DNA of 64,000 bases, from the NCBI GenBank assembly GCA_017466375.1, contig JAFTUH010000037.1:2782-66781 (forward strand), given 5' to 3'. The stretch comes from Clostridia bacterium. GTDB lineage: Bacteria > Bacillota > Clostridia > Oscillospirales > CAG-272. This document shows positions 8,725 through 17,934 of this stretch, one piece after another (the stretch's first letter is position 1; every line of letters begins with the position of its first letter). Below the pieces are notes generated by a model. It had not been told where the DNA came from and ran no database searches. It saw only the letters and a program-made list of their open reading frames with translations. Made by a program: the position numbers and the translations under genes.

Positions 8725-9714
8725 TCACTCAAATCCGTCCAGCACGTTTCTCAGCACGGACAGCATAGATGTGTCAGCCTCGAGTCCCGGTGCTTGCTCG
8801 GGATCATAAACCGCCCACGGTCGCACGCTGTAGAGCACGCCGTCCGCCACAAAATACGCCGCGTATTCGCGGAAGGATTCCTCACCGCTGCGGTCGATCA
8901 TGTGGGCGGTGACTACGGTTGCCTCGATTCCGTTTTCCATCTCATACACCTCGGCGGTGAATTGGTAGTTTGCCGACACATAATGTTCGGTTATCCACTC
9001 CCAGTCGCCGTTTTCGTTTTTGACAAGCGTGTTGTCAATCATCGGAGTGGGCAGGAAATCTTCACCCGGTAAGTCTTTCACGGGAAGTACGCTTTCGCCC
9101 TCGTTTGTCATCAGATAGGCGCGGATGTACACTTCCGTGTTGTACGCAACGCGGTGTGACGTGATGCGTATCAACCCCGGGATTCTCTCCGAAGCATCGC
9201 TTACAAGATACCGTGCGGTCGGATCGGCGGCGAGCTCCGGACACAGCGTCCAGCCGTGCGCAATGCTGTCTGCCACATCGCCGACGGATTCGGCTTTATC
9301 CAGAAGCGGATTGCCGAGGAGAGGTATGCCAAGATACGATTCCAGCGAGTCTGCATCTGCAAAGGAGATCGGCAGATTACCTGCTGCGAGATCCTCTTTG
9401 ACCTCTGGGCGCAGCGCGTCTCCCGAACGGAGCGAAACGGTTGCCTCCAACTGATAGGAGGAAAAGTCCTCGCCGGAGATTTCGGCAGTGATTTTTACAT
9501 CCTTTGGCTCTTTCGGTTTGAAAATACCGTTTTCCGTCACGTATCCAACCGCGAAGACGGTGCTGACGAGCGCGGTACTCAGACACGCGGCGATCAGGGC
9601 TGTGCGCAGAGGATACCGCCTTTCCTTCGGGCGGGAGAGCTTTTCTGCAAACGATGTACGGGCGTCATCGGACAGGGTTTTCTGTTCCATCATGGTGCGG
9701 TAGGTCTGTTTCAT
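8725..9714 (-). CDS. Putative anti-sigma factor / membrane-anchored extracytoplasmic protein
   Basis: GGAGG sits 9 nt upstream of the ATG at 9714. It has a short N-terminal cytoplasmic segment, one TM helix (ALIAACLSTALVSTVFAVGY) and a large external domain. It lies immediately downstream of, and overlapping, an ECF sigma gene. Confidence 0.6.
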   Translation of the reverse strand: MKQTYRTMMEQKTLSDDARTSFAEKLSRPKERRYPLRTALIAACLSTALVSTVFAVGYVTENGIFKPKEPKDVKITAEISGEDFSSYQLEATVSLRSGDALRPEVKEDLAAGNLPISFADADSLESYLGIPLLGNPLLDKAESVGDVADSIAHGWTLCPELAADPTARYLVSDASERIPGLIRITSHRVAYNTEVYIRAYLMTNEGESVLPVKDLPGEDFLPTPMIDNTLVKNENGDWEWITEHYVSANYQFTAEVYEMENGIEATVVTAHMIDRSGEESFREYAAYFVADGVLYSVRPWAVYDPEQAPGLEADTSMLSVLRNVLDGFE

Positions 9715-10165
9715 CGGATAATGCCTCCTTTAATTTGTTTCTGGCGCGGCTCATCCTTGTCTGGACGGCCGTTTTTGAGATGCGCAGTATTTCGCTGATC
9801 TCCCCTTGGGAGTATCCTTCAAAATAATAGAGGTGAATCACCGCGCGGTAGCGGGCAGGCAACGTCATCAGCGCCGCGTACAGATCGCGCTCTTCCTTTT
9901 GCGCAAAGGGGATTTCCTCCTCCGCGCCGATCACGTTTCGCCGCCAAAAGCATTTCAGCTGATTTTTGCATGCATTTGCCGTACAGGTGAACAGCCACGC
10001 TTTTTCCTTGCCCGGATACAGCGTGATCCGACTGTCTGTCAGCTTCAGAAATACGTTCTGGCATACGTCCTCCGCATCCGCCCGATTGCCCAGATAACTG
10101 AGCGCCAAGCGGAACACATCATCCCCGTATCGGCAGAACAGATCGCTGATCTGCTCGTTCTCCAT
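9665..10165 (-). CDS. ECF-type RNA polymerase sigma-70 family factor
   Basis: Region 2 (DAEDVCQNVFLKL) and region 4 HTH (YSQGEISEILRISKTAVQTRMSRARNKL). The start was set to MENEQ at 10165 rather than the track's 10267. Confidence 0.85.
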   Translation of the reverse strand: MENEQISDLFCRYGDDVFRLALSYLGNRADAEDVCQNVFLKLTDSRITLYPGKEKAWLFTCTANACKNQLKCFWRRNVIGAEEEIPFAQKEERDLYAALMTLPARYRAVIHLYYFEGYSQGEISEILRISKTAVQTRMSRARNKLKEALSDETDLPHHDGTENPVR

Positions 10166-10251
10166 TCGCTCACCTCCCTCGGTGGATTTTTTGAAGCTTC
10201 GTATATAAAACAAATCACAAAGGGCAAATATCACATCGGTCGGAGAATTTT

Positions 10252-10292
10252 TTGAAAAATAAAACACCGCTGGAGCACAGCGGTGTTTTCGT
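10252..10292 (-). terminator. Rho-independent terminator after pmbA
   Basis: AAAACACCGCTG-loop-CAGCGGTGTTTT, followed on the minus strand by TTTTATTTTTC. Confidence 0.7.
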
Positions 10293-10299
10293 TTGCGTA

Positions 10300-11598
10300 T
10301 TACTGTCCGGATACGGTCACGCCGTCGAAGGCGATCGCAGGGAGGACGGTCGAGCCGTCTGCCACCGTCTCCTTCGAGATGGCGCGGATGTTTTTCAGAA
10401 GATCGCCGATGTTGCCGCTGATCATCGTTTCGCTCAGTGCGCAGGTGATCTTGCCGTTTTCGATGAGGAAGCTGTTCTTCGCAACGCCGGAGAAATCGCC
10501 GCCGGTGCCCGGATCGCCGCCGGAGAAGCGTCCGACGATGATGCCGCGCTCAATGCCTGCGATGATGTCAGCGAGAGCGGTATCGCCCGGCTTCACGATC
10601 ATCGAGCCGGAGGAGTTCTTCGCTCTTGCGATGCCCGTCTTGTTGGATACGTACAGGGACAGCATGAAACTTTGGAGTACGCCGTCCTTGATGAGATCGT
10701 AATCCTCCGCCACAAAACCGTCGGCGGTGTATCTGTCGCCGCAGACGACGCGGCTGTCGGACGGGTTCAGCGATACGGTCAGGCGCGGATCTGCAACGGC
10801 AGTGCCGAGCTTATCCTTCCACGGGCTTGTGCCGTCGAGGATCGTCATATCGGATGCAAAATTGCCGACAACGCTGTACAGAATCGAGCCGAGCGAGCCG
10901 GCAGGGAAGAGGGCGGTTCCCGTAAACTTGCCGGTCAGCGGCACGGGATCGAGCTGCTTTTCGACATCGGCGAGATCCGTTTCAATCGAGCCGAGATCAA
11001 TGAAGCGTGTGTCCAGAGAATCGGTGATAACGCCCGTGCCGAAGAAGGAGGATGCCTTGTCTCCTTCGTGGGCGGAGAACATCAGATCGATGGCGTAGTA
11101 TCCCTCCGTCGTGTCGAACGATACGCCCTTGGAGTTCATGTATACGCAGTGGATATTCTTGTGCGTGACGATCATCTGCTCCATCAGAATCTTCGGATGA
11201 CGCTGTTTGATATCGTCCATCAGCTCGCGCGTGCGGTCGAAGAAGCGGTCGAGATCTGCCTCGGGACAGCCGTCCGTTGTCGGTGCATGGGCGGTGCCGT
11301 CTGCGAAATCCCACGCCTCATCCGGCGCACCGGAGGCGGCGATGGCGGCGCAGTCCGATGCCGCCTTGGCGATTGCCTCGTCATCAAAGCGGTTGATGCC
11401 CACGGAGCCTTTTTTCTTCTCGCAGATCGCGGTCATGGAGAGATTGTTGTCAAACAGGGTGCGGAACAGCGAAAACTCGCCGCCGTCCACGTTGAATTCG
11501 TGCGTTTCGGTAAATCTGGCGGTGCAGGCAGCCTTCTCGGCGCCGTTTTCTTTCAGAGCGGCAAGGGTTTTTGCCGCGATTTCGTTCAGATTATGCAT
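10300..11598 (-). CDS. pmbA: TldE/PmbA family metalloprotease subunit
   Basis: Length and sequence resemble PmbA, without the HExxxH motif. It pairs with tldD 15 nt upstream. AGGAGAG RBS. Confidence 0.8.
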   Translation of the reverse strand: MHNLNEIAAKTLAALKENGAEKAACTARFTETHEFNVDGGEFSLFRTLFDNNLSMTAICEKKKGSVGINRFDDEAIAKAASDCAAIAASGAPDEAWDFADGTAHAPTTDGCPEADLDRFFDRTRELMDDIKQRHPKILMEQMIVTHKNIHCVYMNSKGVSFDTTEGYYAIDLMFSAHEGDKASSFFGTGVITDSLDTRFIDLGSIETDLADVEKQLDPVPLTGKFTGTALFPAGSLGSILYSVVGNFASDMTILDGTSPWKDKLGTAVADPRLTVSLNPSDSRVVCGDRYTADGFVAEDYDLIKDGVLQSFMLSLYVSNKTGIARAKNSSGSMIVKPGDTALADIIAGIERGIIVGRFSGGDPGTGGDFSGVAKNSFLIENGKITCALSETMISGNIGDLLKNIRAISKETVADGSTVLPAIAFDGVTVSGQ

Positions 11599-11612
11599 AT
11601 TTCTCTCCTTTC

Positions 11613-12998
11613 TCAGCGTCCGCCGATCATCATTTCACAGCGGATGGCGGGGCCGCCGAGACCGACGCCCATCGGCTGTTTTTTGCCGCAGAAGCCGGAA
11701 GACTGCCAAGCTACCGTATCGGAGACCATGTCCACCGTCTTCAGCATCTCAAACGCCACGCCCGAGATCGTTGTATCCAGAATCGCGCGGCCGAGCTTGC
11801 CGTTTTTGATTTCGTATCCGCACGTCACGCCGAACATGAACTCGCCCGTCGTGTCTGCCTGTCCGTTGTTCGTGTCGATCAGATAATAACCGTCCTCAAC
11901 GGAGGCGATCATGTCCTCCAGCTTGTCGGTGCCGGGGTGGATCGCCGTGTTGCGCATACGGATCAGCGGCTCATCGGAGAATGCCCATGCACGGGCGTTG
12001 CCCGTCGGCTGCATGCCGAAATGCTGTGCGGTTTCGCGGCTGTTCATGTAGCCGACCAGCACGCCGTCTTTGATGATCGGCGCGTCCACGGCGGGCGTAC
12101 CCTCGTCATCGAGATAGACGGGAAGGGGAACCTCCTCACCGAAAGCGGTGTGCGCAAAGTCGGTCAGATTCACCTTTTCGGAAGCGACGACTTTGCCGAG
12201 ATTCGGTCCTGCCACACTGCCGCCGAGAACGAGATCTGCCTCCACGGTGTGACCGACAGCCTCATGTGCGAGCATGCCGGCGAGTCCGCCGCTCAGGATA
12301 CACGTCTTTTTGCCTGCGTCGGCATATACACCCTCGCGTTTTTTCATCAGGCGCTCATACAGCGCGTCGATCTTGCCGTACAGGGCGGCGGGATCGGTGA
12401 AGTTCTGATCGAACGTGCCCGACGTGCCGAACGCCTCGAACATTTCGATCGGCGTACCTGCGGTTGTCTCGCTGTTGAGGAATACGTACATATAGCTGCG
12501 CGGCAGGATCGTGTGTCCGCTCATGCCGTCGTTCGTGAGGAGCATTTTCTCCAGCGAATCCGCCGTGGCGATGACCGCGCGGGATGCGAGATTCGGGTAC
12601 TTTTCCACGATGTACGCGTCGATCTCGCGTGCGAAATCGGCATACAGCTTCTGTTCGGGATCGCTGATGTCCGATTTCAGCGGCAGATATCCGTCTTGAA
12701 TCGTTGGAAGCGCGCCCTTGCCTCGTCCGACACGGCGATCCATGAAGTGCGCGTTTTCATCCGCAGCCTTGAGTACGGCGCGGGCTGCATCCTCGGAGCA
12801 CTCCGCCATCGAGGAGAATCCGTACACGCCGCCTTTGTAGACGCGTGCGGATACGCCGGACGTTTCGGATTTCGCGTTCGCGGTCAGGTTTCCGCTGAGC
12901 AGCGTCACGCGGCAGGAACGGTTTTTCTGTACACGCACTTCGGTGTGTGCGTCCGTCGGCAGATACTGCCGGCATTTGGTCAGAATATCGGGTAACAT
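11613..12998 (-). CDS. tldD: TldD family metalloprotease
   Basis: HEAVGHTVEAD (HExxxH) motif and GGxxxG-rich C-terminal domain. Length is 461 aa. Confidence 0.9.
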   Translation of the reverse strand: MLPDILTKCRQYLPTDAHTEVRVQKNRSCRVTLLSGNLTANAKSETSGVSARVYKGGVYGFSSMAECSEDAARAVLKAADENAHFMDRRVGRGKGALPTIQDGYLPLKSDISDPEQKLYADFAREIDAYIVEKYPNLASRAVIATADSLEKMLLTNDGMSGHTILPRSYMYVFLNSETTAGTPIEMFEAFGTSGTFDQNFTDPAALYGKIDALYERLMKKREGVYADAGKKTCILSGGLAGMLAHEAVGHTVEADLVLGGSVAGPNLGKVVASEKVNLTDFAHTAFGEEVPLPVYLDDEGTPAVDAPIIKDGVLVGYMNSRETAQHFGMQPTGNARAWAFSDEPLIRMRNTAIHPGTDKLEDMIASVEDGYYLIDTNNGQADTTGEFMFGVTCGYEIKNGKLGRAILDTTISGVAFEMLKTVDMVSDTVAWQSSGFCGKKQPMGVGLGGPAIRCEMMIGGR

Positions 12999-13023
12999 AG
13001 GTTTATACCTCCCTGTGTTTTTT

Positions 13024-13821
13024 TCAGAGAATACCGATCACGGCGCCCATGGCACCGCGTTTTCCGTGCGATGCACGGTGGGAATGAAAGAGATCGGGCT
13101 GGCACGCGGTGCAGTACGGTGAGACGTCGATCTGCGCCTGGGCAAGTCCCGCGCCCTGCAGGATTTCCGTGTTCATACCGATCAGATCGGCGTACTGCTT
13201 ACCGTTTTGCGCACGGATATGCCGGCTTGCGAAATCCGCGCCGCACAATTCAGTGACAGCATGGGTGAAATCCTCGCGGACTTCAAAACAGCAGTCGTGA
13301 ATGCACTGCCCGATCGCGGCACGCACGGTGGAGATATCCGCCCCCGCCTGCGTCAGCTTTCGAACAGCTTCGGCGGCGATGCCTGCGACAGTGCCGCGCC
13401 ACCCCGCATGAACGGCGGCGATCAGCGGCGATCCGTCCGCGCGCCGTGCCGTGTACAGGATCGGTACGCAGTCCGCCGTCCGCACCATCAGCAGAACGCC
13501 GGGGCAGTCGGTGAAAAAGCCGTCGCACGGCTCGGCAGGGTGTCCGCAGTCCGCTTCCGTTACATATCGGACGGCGGCGGAGTGAATCTGCGGCGCGCAG
13601 ATGACGGCGGTTTCGTCCAGTATGCCGTCCGTCACCGCCCGGGCAAGGATGCCGATGTTTTCCCGCACCGTTTCCGGCGTATCGCCGTGTCCGTCCGCTA
13701 CGTTCATGGAAGCGGTGTGGGGAAGATGGCTGACACCGCCCTCTCTGGTCGAGAATCCGTGGCGGATGCCCGACGCATCGAGCAGATCGGAGCGAAACAG
13801 AATTCCGTGCTTTTCAAACAT
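13024..13821 (-). CDS. pgeF: Peptidoglycan editing factor PgeF (YfiH / laccase-domain protein)
   Basis: Motifs HGFSTREGGVS, ADCVPIL and HAGWRG. The ATG at 13821 overlaps the gpmI stop by 1 nt (TAATG). Confidence 0.85.
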   Translation of the reverse strand: MFEKHGILFRSDLLDASGIRHGFSTREGGVSHLPHTASMNVADGHGDTPETVRENIGILARAVTDGILDETAVICAPQIHSAAVRYVTEADCGHPAEPCDGFFTDCPGVLLMVRTADCVPILYTARRADGSPLIAAVHAGWRGTVAGIAAEAVRKLTQAGADISTVRAAIGQCIHDCCFEVREDFTHAVTELCGADFASRHIRAQNGKQYADLIGMNTEILQGAGLAQAQIDVSPYCTACQPDLFHSHRASHGKRGAMGAVIGIL

Positions 13822-15473
13822 TATTTCAGGGTGATGATGGACGCATCCCACATCTCCGGCGCGTCAAAGCCGAGGAGATTTACCGCGGTAGCCGCGACAT
13901 TGGAGAGACCGAACGTGCCGGCATCTGCCTTCACGGTGTACGCATCGGTGTAGAAGTTGTCGTACACGATGCACGGAACGGGATTGAGCGTGTGGCTCGT
14001 CTTTGCCTTGAAGGAGCCGTCCTTGTTTTTCTTCGGCGCGCCGGTCTTCTTGTCCATCTCCGCCATCTCGTCGGCGTTGCCGTGGTCAGCCGTGATGAGG
14101 GCAACGCCCTTCAGCTCATCGACAACGGCGAGGATTCTGCCGAGCTGGAGATCCATCGCCTCAAGGGAGCAGATCGTGGCGGCGAGGGAGCCGGTGTGAC
14201 CGACCATGTCGCCATTCGGGAAATTCACGCGGAGGCAAGGATACTTGCCGCTTCTGAGCGCTTCGATGAGGGCATCGGTGATCTCTGCACACTTCATCCA
14301 CGGACGCTGCTCAAACGGAACAACGTCGGAGGGAATCTCCACGTACGTTTCCAGCTCGTCGGAGAACTTGCCGGAGCGGTTGCCGTTCCAGAAGTAGGTG
14401 ACATGACCGTATTTCTGCGTCTCGGAGATCGCATACTGTGCGACGCCGGTATCTGCGAGATATTCGCCCATCGTGTTCGTGATCTCAGGGGGATTGACGA
14501 GGTAGTGGGACGGGATGTGCAAATCTCCGTCGTACTCCAGCATGCCTGCGTAGAATACGTCCGGAACGCGCACGCGGTCGAACTTGTCGAAGTCCGCGCC
14601 TGCCTCAAACGTCTTGGAAATCTCGATGGCGCGGTCGCCGCGGAAGTTGTAGAATACGAAACTGTCGCCGTCCTCGACGGTGCCGACGGGCTTGCCGTTC
14701 TCTGCGATTACGAACGGGGGGAGATCCTGGTCGATGACCTTCGTCTCCTCGCGATAGGTCTTGATCGCCTCGGCAGCGGAAGTAAAGGCGCGTCCCTCAC
14801 CGAGCACGTGCGTTTTCCAGCCGCGCTCGACCATGCTCCAATCCGCCTCGTAGCGGTCCATGGTGATCTGCATACGACCGCCGCCGGATGCGATTTTGAT
14901 GTCGAAGGAAGCGTCGCGCAGATCGGCAAGGAAAGCCTCAAACGGCTCGACGTAATCGAGTGCGGAGGTCTCGCCGACGTCACGGCCGTCCAGCAGGATG
15001 TGTACGCGCACGCGGGATACGCCGTCCGCCTTCGCCTGCGTGAGCATTGCCTTCAGGTGATCGATGTGGGAGTGGACGTTGCCGTCGGAGAACAGACCGA
15101 GAAAGTGGAGCGTAGAGCCGTTCGTCTTTACGCGGCTGACGAGAGTCTGCCACGTATCGGATGCGAACATCTTGCCGCTTTCGATAGACTGGGAGACGAG
15201 CTTTGCGCCCTGTGCGAACACCTGACCGGAGCCGAGTGCGTTATGGCCGACCTCGGAGTTGCCCATATCGTCATCGGACGGAAGACCGACAGCGGTGCCG
15301 TGCGCCTTGAGGCGGACGGTCGGGTAGGATGCGAGAACGCGCTTCAGATTCGGCATATTGGCGGCATAGACCGCATTGGTCTCCCCGTCGGGAGCGAAGC
15401 CGACGCCGTCCATTACGATCGTCAGTACGGGGCCGGCAACGCCGGCGAAGCTGGATTTCTTGAGTTTGCTCAT
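13821..15473 (-). CDS. gpmI: 2,3-bisphosphoglycerate-independent phosphoglycerate mutase
   Basis: iPGM motifs (LTIVMDGVG, GNSEVGHNALG, ITADHGNA). AAGGAG RBS. Length is 550 aa. Confidence 0.9.
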   Translation of the reverse strand: MSKLKKSSFAGVAGPVLTIVMDGVGFAPDGETNAVYAANMPNLKRVLASYPTVRLKAHGTAVGLPSDDDMGNSEVGHNALGSGQVFAQGAKLVSQSIESGKMFASDTWQTLVSRVKTNGSTLHFLGLFSDGNVHSHIDHLKAMLTQAKADGVSRVRVHILLDGRDVGETSALDYVEPFEAFLADLRDASFDIKIASGGGRMQITMDRYEADWSMVERGWKTHVLGEGRAFTSAAEAIKTYREETKVIDQDLPPFVIAENGKPVGTVEDGDSFVFYNFRGDRAIEISKTFEAGADFDKFDRVRVPDVFYAGMLEYDGDLHIPSHYLVNPPEITNTMGEYLADTGVAQYAISETQKYGHVTYFWNGNRSGKFSDELETYVEIPSDVVPFEQRPWMKCAEITDALIEALRSGKYPCLRVNFPNGDMVGHTGSLAATICSLEAMDLQLGRILAVVDELKGVALITADHGNADEMAEMDKKTGAPKKNKDGSFKAKTSHTLNPVPCIVYDNFYTDAYTVKADAGTFGLSNVAATAVNLLGFDAPEMWDASIITLK

Positions 15474-15549
15474 GGTGGTACTCCTTATTTGTGGTTCAAT
15501 TTTTCACGTTTGGGAAGCTGTGGCTGTGCGCACAGATTCGCTACCTTAT

Positions 15550-15579
15550 ATTATAACACATTTTTTGCGATTTTGTCTA
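15550..15579 (-). promoter_or_regulatory. Possible promoter of the gpmI operon, TAGACA-18-TATAAT with TGn
   Basis: Read on the minus strand about 75 nt upstream of the gpmI ATG. Confidence 0.35.
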
Positions 15580-15608
15580 TATTGTTTGAGAAAATTTTAT
15601 GGGGGAAT

Positions 15609-16092
15609 GCAGGAGGTGTTAAATGTGGAACACCTCCTGCACCACCTGCCACGCCGAGATGCCTTTCTAAAAAGGCATCTCGCAGAGGAGCGGGGAGGTT
15701 TTATCCCCGCCCCTCTTGGAACTCCCCACCCCTGGGGTGCAGGGCGAATACCGCCAAAAGTCGGGCGGTATTCGCGTCGAGGATTTCCTTTGTGTGCAGA
15801 GCACACAATTTTGCCTGCGGCAAAACCGGAAACCTCGCGTTTCCGATCGGAAACCGAACGTACAAATTCCTGCCAAACCCAGCGCCGGATGGTGCTTCTT
15901 TTACTGGGGCGTTTAGTCGTTGTTTGCACAAAGTTCGTTTTTGACTCTCTTCTATCGCTGAAGATAAAGTGGTATGTTGTCATGCGGTAACCGCTGAAAG
16001 AACGCTATTACGGAGGGGGTGTCGGGGGAGGCAACGCCTCCCCTTGACCGTGGCGGTGGAGCAGGAGGTGTGCCGCGCTACACACCTCCTGC
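15609..16092. repeat. Hairpin-dense ~480 bp non-coding segment bounded by ~45-nt imperfect inverted repeats (MITE-like)
   Basis: The left end 15609-15653 (GCAGGAGGTGT..ACACCTCCTGCACCACCTGCCACG) matches the reverse complement of 16049-16092. The interior holds at least 6 short perfect hairpins and no credible ORF. Confidence 0.55.
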
Positions 16093-16228
16093 GTCATCCT
16101 CTTCCTAAATGTAAATTTTACGAAAAACCAACATTCCTGACAAATGTTCAAAATTTATTTATAAATACATGCTATAATGACTATAATTGCGATCTCTTTT
16201 CTCAAAAACTCAATGCAGGAGCGTACAT

Positions 16229-17191
16229 ATGATTGAAATCAGCCATCTGGTAAAACGGTACGGCACAAAATTCGCCGTGGACGACATCAGCTTTTCTGTC
16301 GGTCACGGTGAGATCGTCGGCTTCCTCGGCCCGAACGGCGCGGGCAAAAGCACGACGATGAATATCCTCACCGGCTACCTTTCCTCTACCTCCGGTACGG
16401 CAAAGGTCGGCGGTATCGATATTCTCGAAGCACCGTACGAAGCGAAAAAACTGATCGGATTTCTACCCGAACAGCCGCCGCTGTATATCGATATGACCGT
16501 CGGGGAGTACCTCAATTTCGTCTACGATCTGAAGAAATGCACCATGAACCGCGAAAAGCATATTGCGGAGGTCATGGAGGTCACAAAGGTTGCCGACGTG
16601 AAGGGTCGCCTGATCAAAAATCTGTCCAAGGGCTATAAGCAGAGAGTCGGCATCGCGCAGGCGCTTGTCGGCAATCCGAAGGTGCTCATCTTCGACGAGC
16701 CGACGGTCGGTCTTGACCCGAAGCAGATTATCGAGATCCGTAATCTCATCCGCACGCTCGGACAGGATCATACCGTTATCCTCTCCTCGCACATTCTTTC
16801 CGAGGTGCAGGCGGTGGCGGATCGGATCGTCATCATCAACCACGGCAAGATCGTCGCGGATGAAAAGACGGAGGACATCACCCGTGTGGTGGAGGACGGA
16901 CGCCTTTACAGCGTGAAGATCTGCGGTCCGCAAAGAGAGGTGCTTGCCGCCCTCAAGGAGCTGCCCGGTGTCCGCCGTGCCGAAGCGGTTGGAGAGAGAG
17001 AGCTTGACAGCTTTACATATCATATCGAAAGCGAGCCGGGTGTCGATGTCCGAAAGCCGCTGTTCTATGCACTCGCACAGCGCGGCTGGGCTATTATCGG
17101 GCTTGAGGCGGTCGGTATGTCGCTGGAGGACGTGTTCATGAAGCTTATGGACGAGAACGTCCGCAAGAAAAACGGGAAAGGAAGACAGTGA
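16229..17191 (+). CDS. ABC transporter ATP-binding protein (ABC-2 / GldA-like)
   Basis: Walker A GPNGAGKST, signature LSKGYKQR and Walker B VLIFDEP. The start was set to the ATG at 16229 (MIEISHL). Confidence 0.9.
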   Translation: MIEISHLVKRYGTKFAVDDISFSVGHGEIVGFLGPNGAGKSTTMNILTGYLSSTSGTAKVGGIDILEAPYEAKKLIGFLPEQPPLYIDMTVGEYLNFVYDLKKCTMNREKHIAEVMEVTKVADVKGRLIKNLSKGYKQRVGIAQALVGNPKVLIFDEPTVGLDPKQIIEIRNLIRTLGQDHTVILSSHILSEVQAVADRIVIINHGKIVADEKTEDITRVVEDGRLYSVKICGPQREVLAALKELPGVRRAEAVGERELDSFTYHIESEPGVDVRKPLFYALAQRGWAIIGLEAVGMSLEDVFMKLMDENVRKKNGKGRQ

Positions 17192-17194
17192 TCC

Positions 17195-17899
17195 ATGCTT
17201 GCTATCTATAAGCGCGAGATGCGCGCGTACTTTACCACGCCGATCGGATATATCTTTATCGCCGTGTTCCTGGCGGTGTCCGGCTTCCTTTTCGGCATAA
17301 CTACCCTGCAGAGCCAGACGTCGGACGTTTCCACTTATTATCAGATTCTGATGTTTGCGTATATTATTCTTATTCCGCTGCTCACAATGAAGACCTTCTG
17401 TGAGGAGAGACGTACCCGTACCGAACAGCTTCTGCTCACGGCGCCGGTCTCGCTGACGGGCATGGTGATGGCGAAATTCCTCTCTGCTTTGACGATGTTT
17501 GCGTCGACGCTTCTCGTCACTGCGATCTATTTCGTTCCGCTTACCGAGTACGGCGAGCTGAACTGGCCGCGTGCGCTCGGTTCGATGCTTGCTATGTTCC
17601 TCATCGGTATGACGTTTATTGCGATCGGCATTTTCGTATCCTCCCTGACGGAGAATCAGTTTGCCGCCGCCGTCGGTACGATCGGTATCCTGTTTGCGCT
17701 TCTGATCGTTGCCGCCGTCAATTCGCTGATCGATTCGTACGCCGTGCGCGCCGTCCTCAGCTGGATCTCCATCTACAGCCGTTACGCGTACTTCACCTAC
17801 GGCATTTTCGATATTGCCGCTGTGGTGTACTACGTTTCGATCTGTGCCGTGTTTTTGTTCCTTTCCGTCCGCGTCTTCGAGAAGAGACGCTGGGCGTGA
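17195..17899 (+). CDS. ABC-2 type transporter permease (GldF-like)
   Basis: Six predicted TM helices. It starts 3 nt after the ATPase stop. Confidence 0.8.
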   Translation: MLAIYKREMRAYFTTPIGYIFIAVFLAVSGFLFGITTLQSQTSDVSTYYQILMFAYIILIPLLTMKTFCEERRTRTEQLLLTAPVSLTGMVMAKFLSALTMFASTLLVTAIYFVPLTEYGELNWPRALGSMLAMFLIGMTFIAIGIFVSSLTENQFAAAVGTIGILFALLIVAAVNSLIDSYAVRAVLSWISIYSRYAYFTYGIFDIAAVVYYVSICAVFLFLSVRVFEKRRWA

Positions 17900-17934
17900 C
17901 GGGATGATCTCAGTGTGAAAGAAGGAGTCCCGAA

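Noticed and set aside
8278-9072. 264-aa plus-strand ORF running through the 153-bp repeats into the anti-sigma gene
   Set aside because: It is read through two copies of a palindromic non-coding repeat, which gives a duplicated peptide. It then runs antisense to a gene that has a proper RBS.
10252-15944. Long plus-strand ORFs (10252-11886, 11571-12995, 13207-13953, 13992-15944) opposite pmbA, tldD, pgeF and gpmI
   Set aside because: The minus-strand genes carry unambiguous family motifs (HExxxH, HAGWRG, iPGM motifs). The plus-strand frames are antisense artefacts of high GC content.
15376-15990. Several 66-204-aa ORFs on both strands in the gpmI-ABC intergenic region
   Set aside because: They overlap one another in a hairpin-dense repeat region, lack an RBS and translate to Arg/Pro/Gly-rich sequences.
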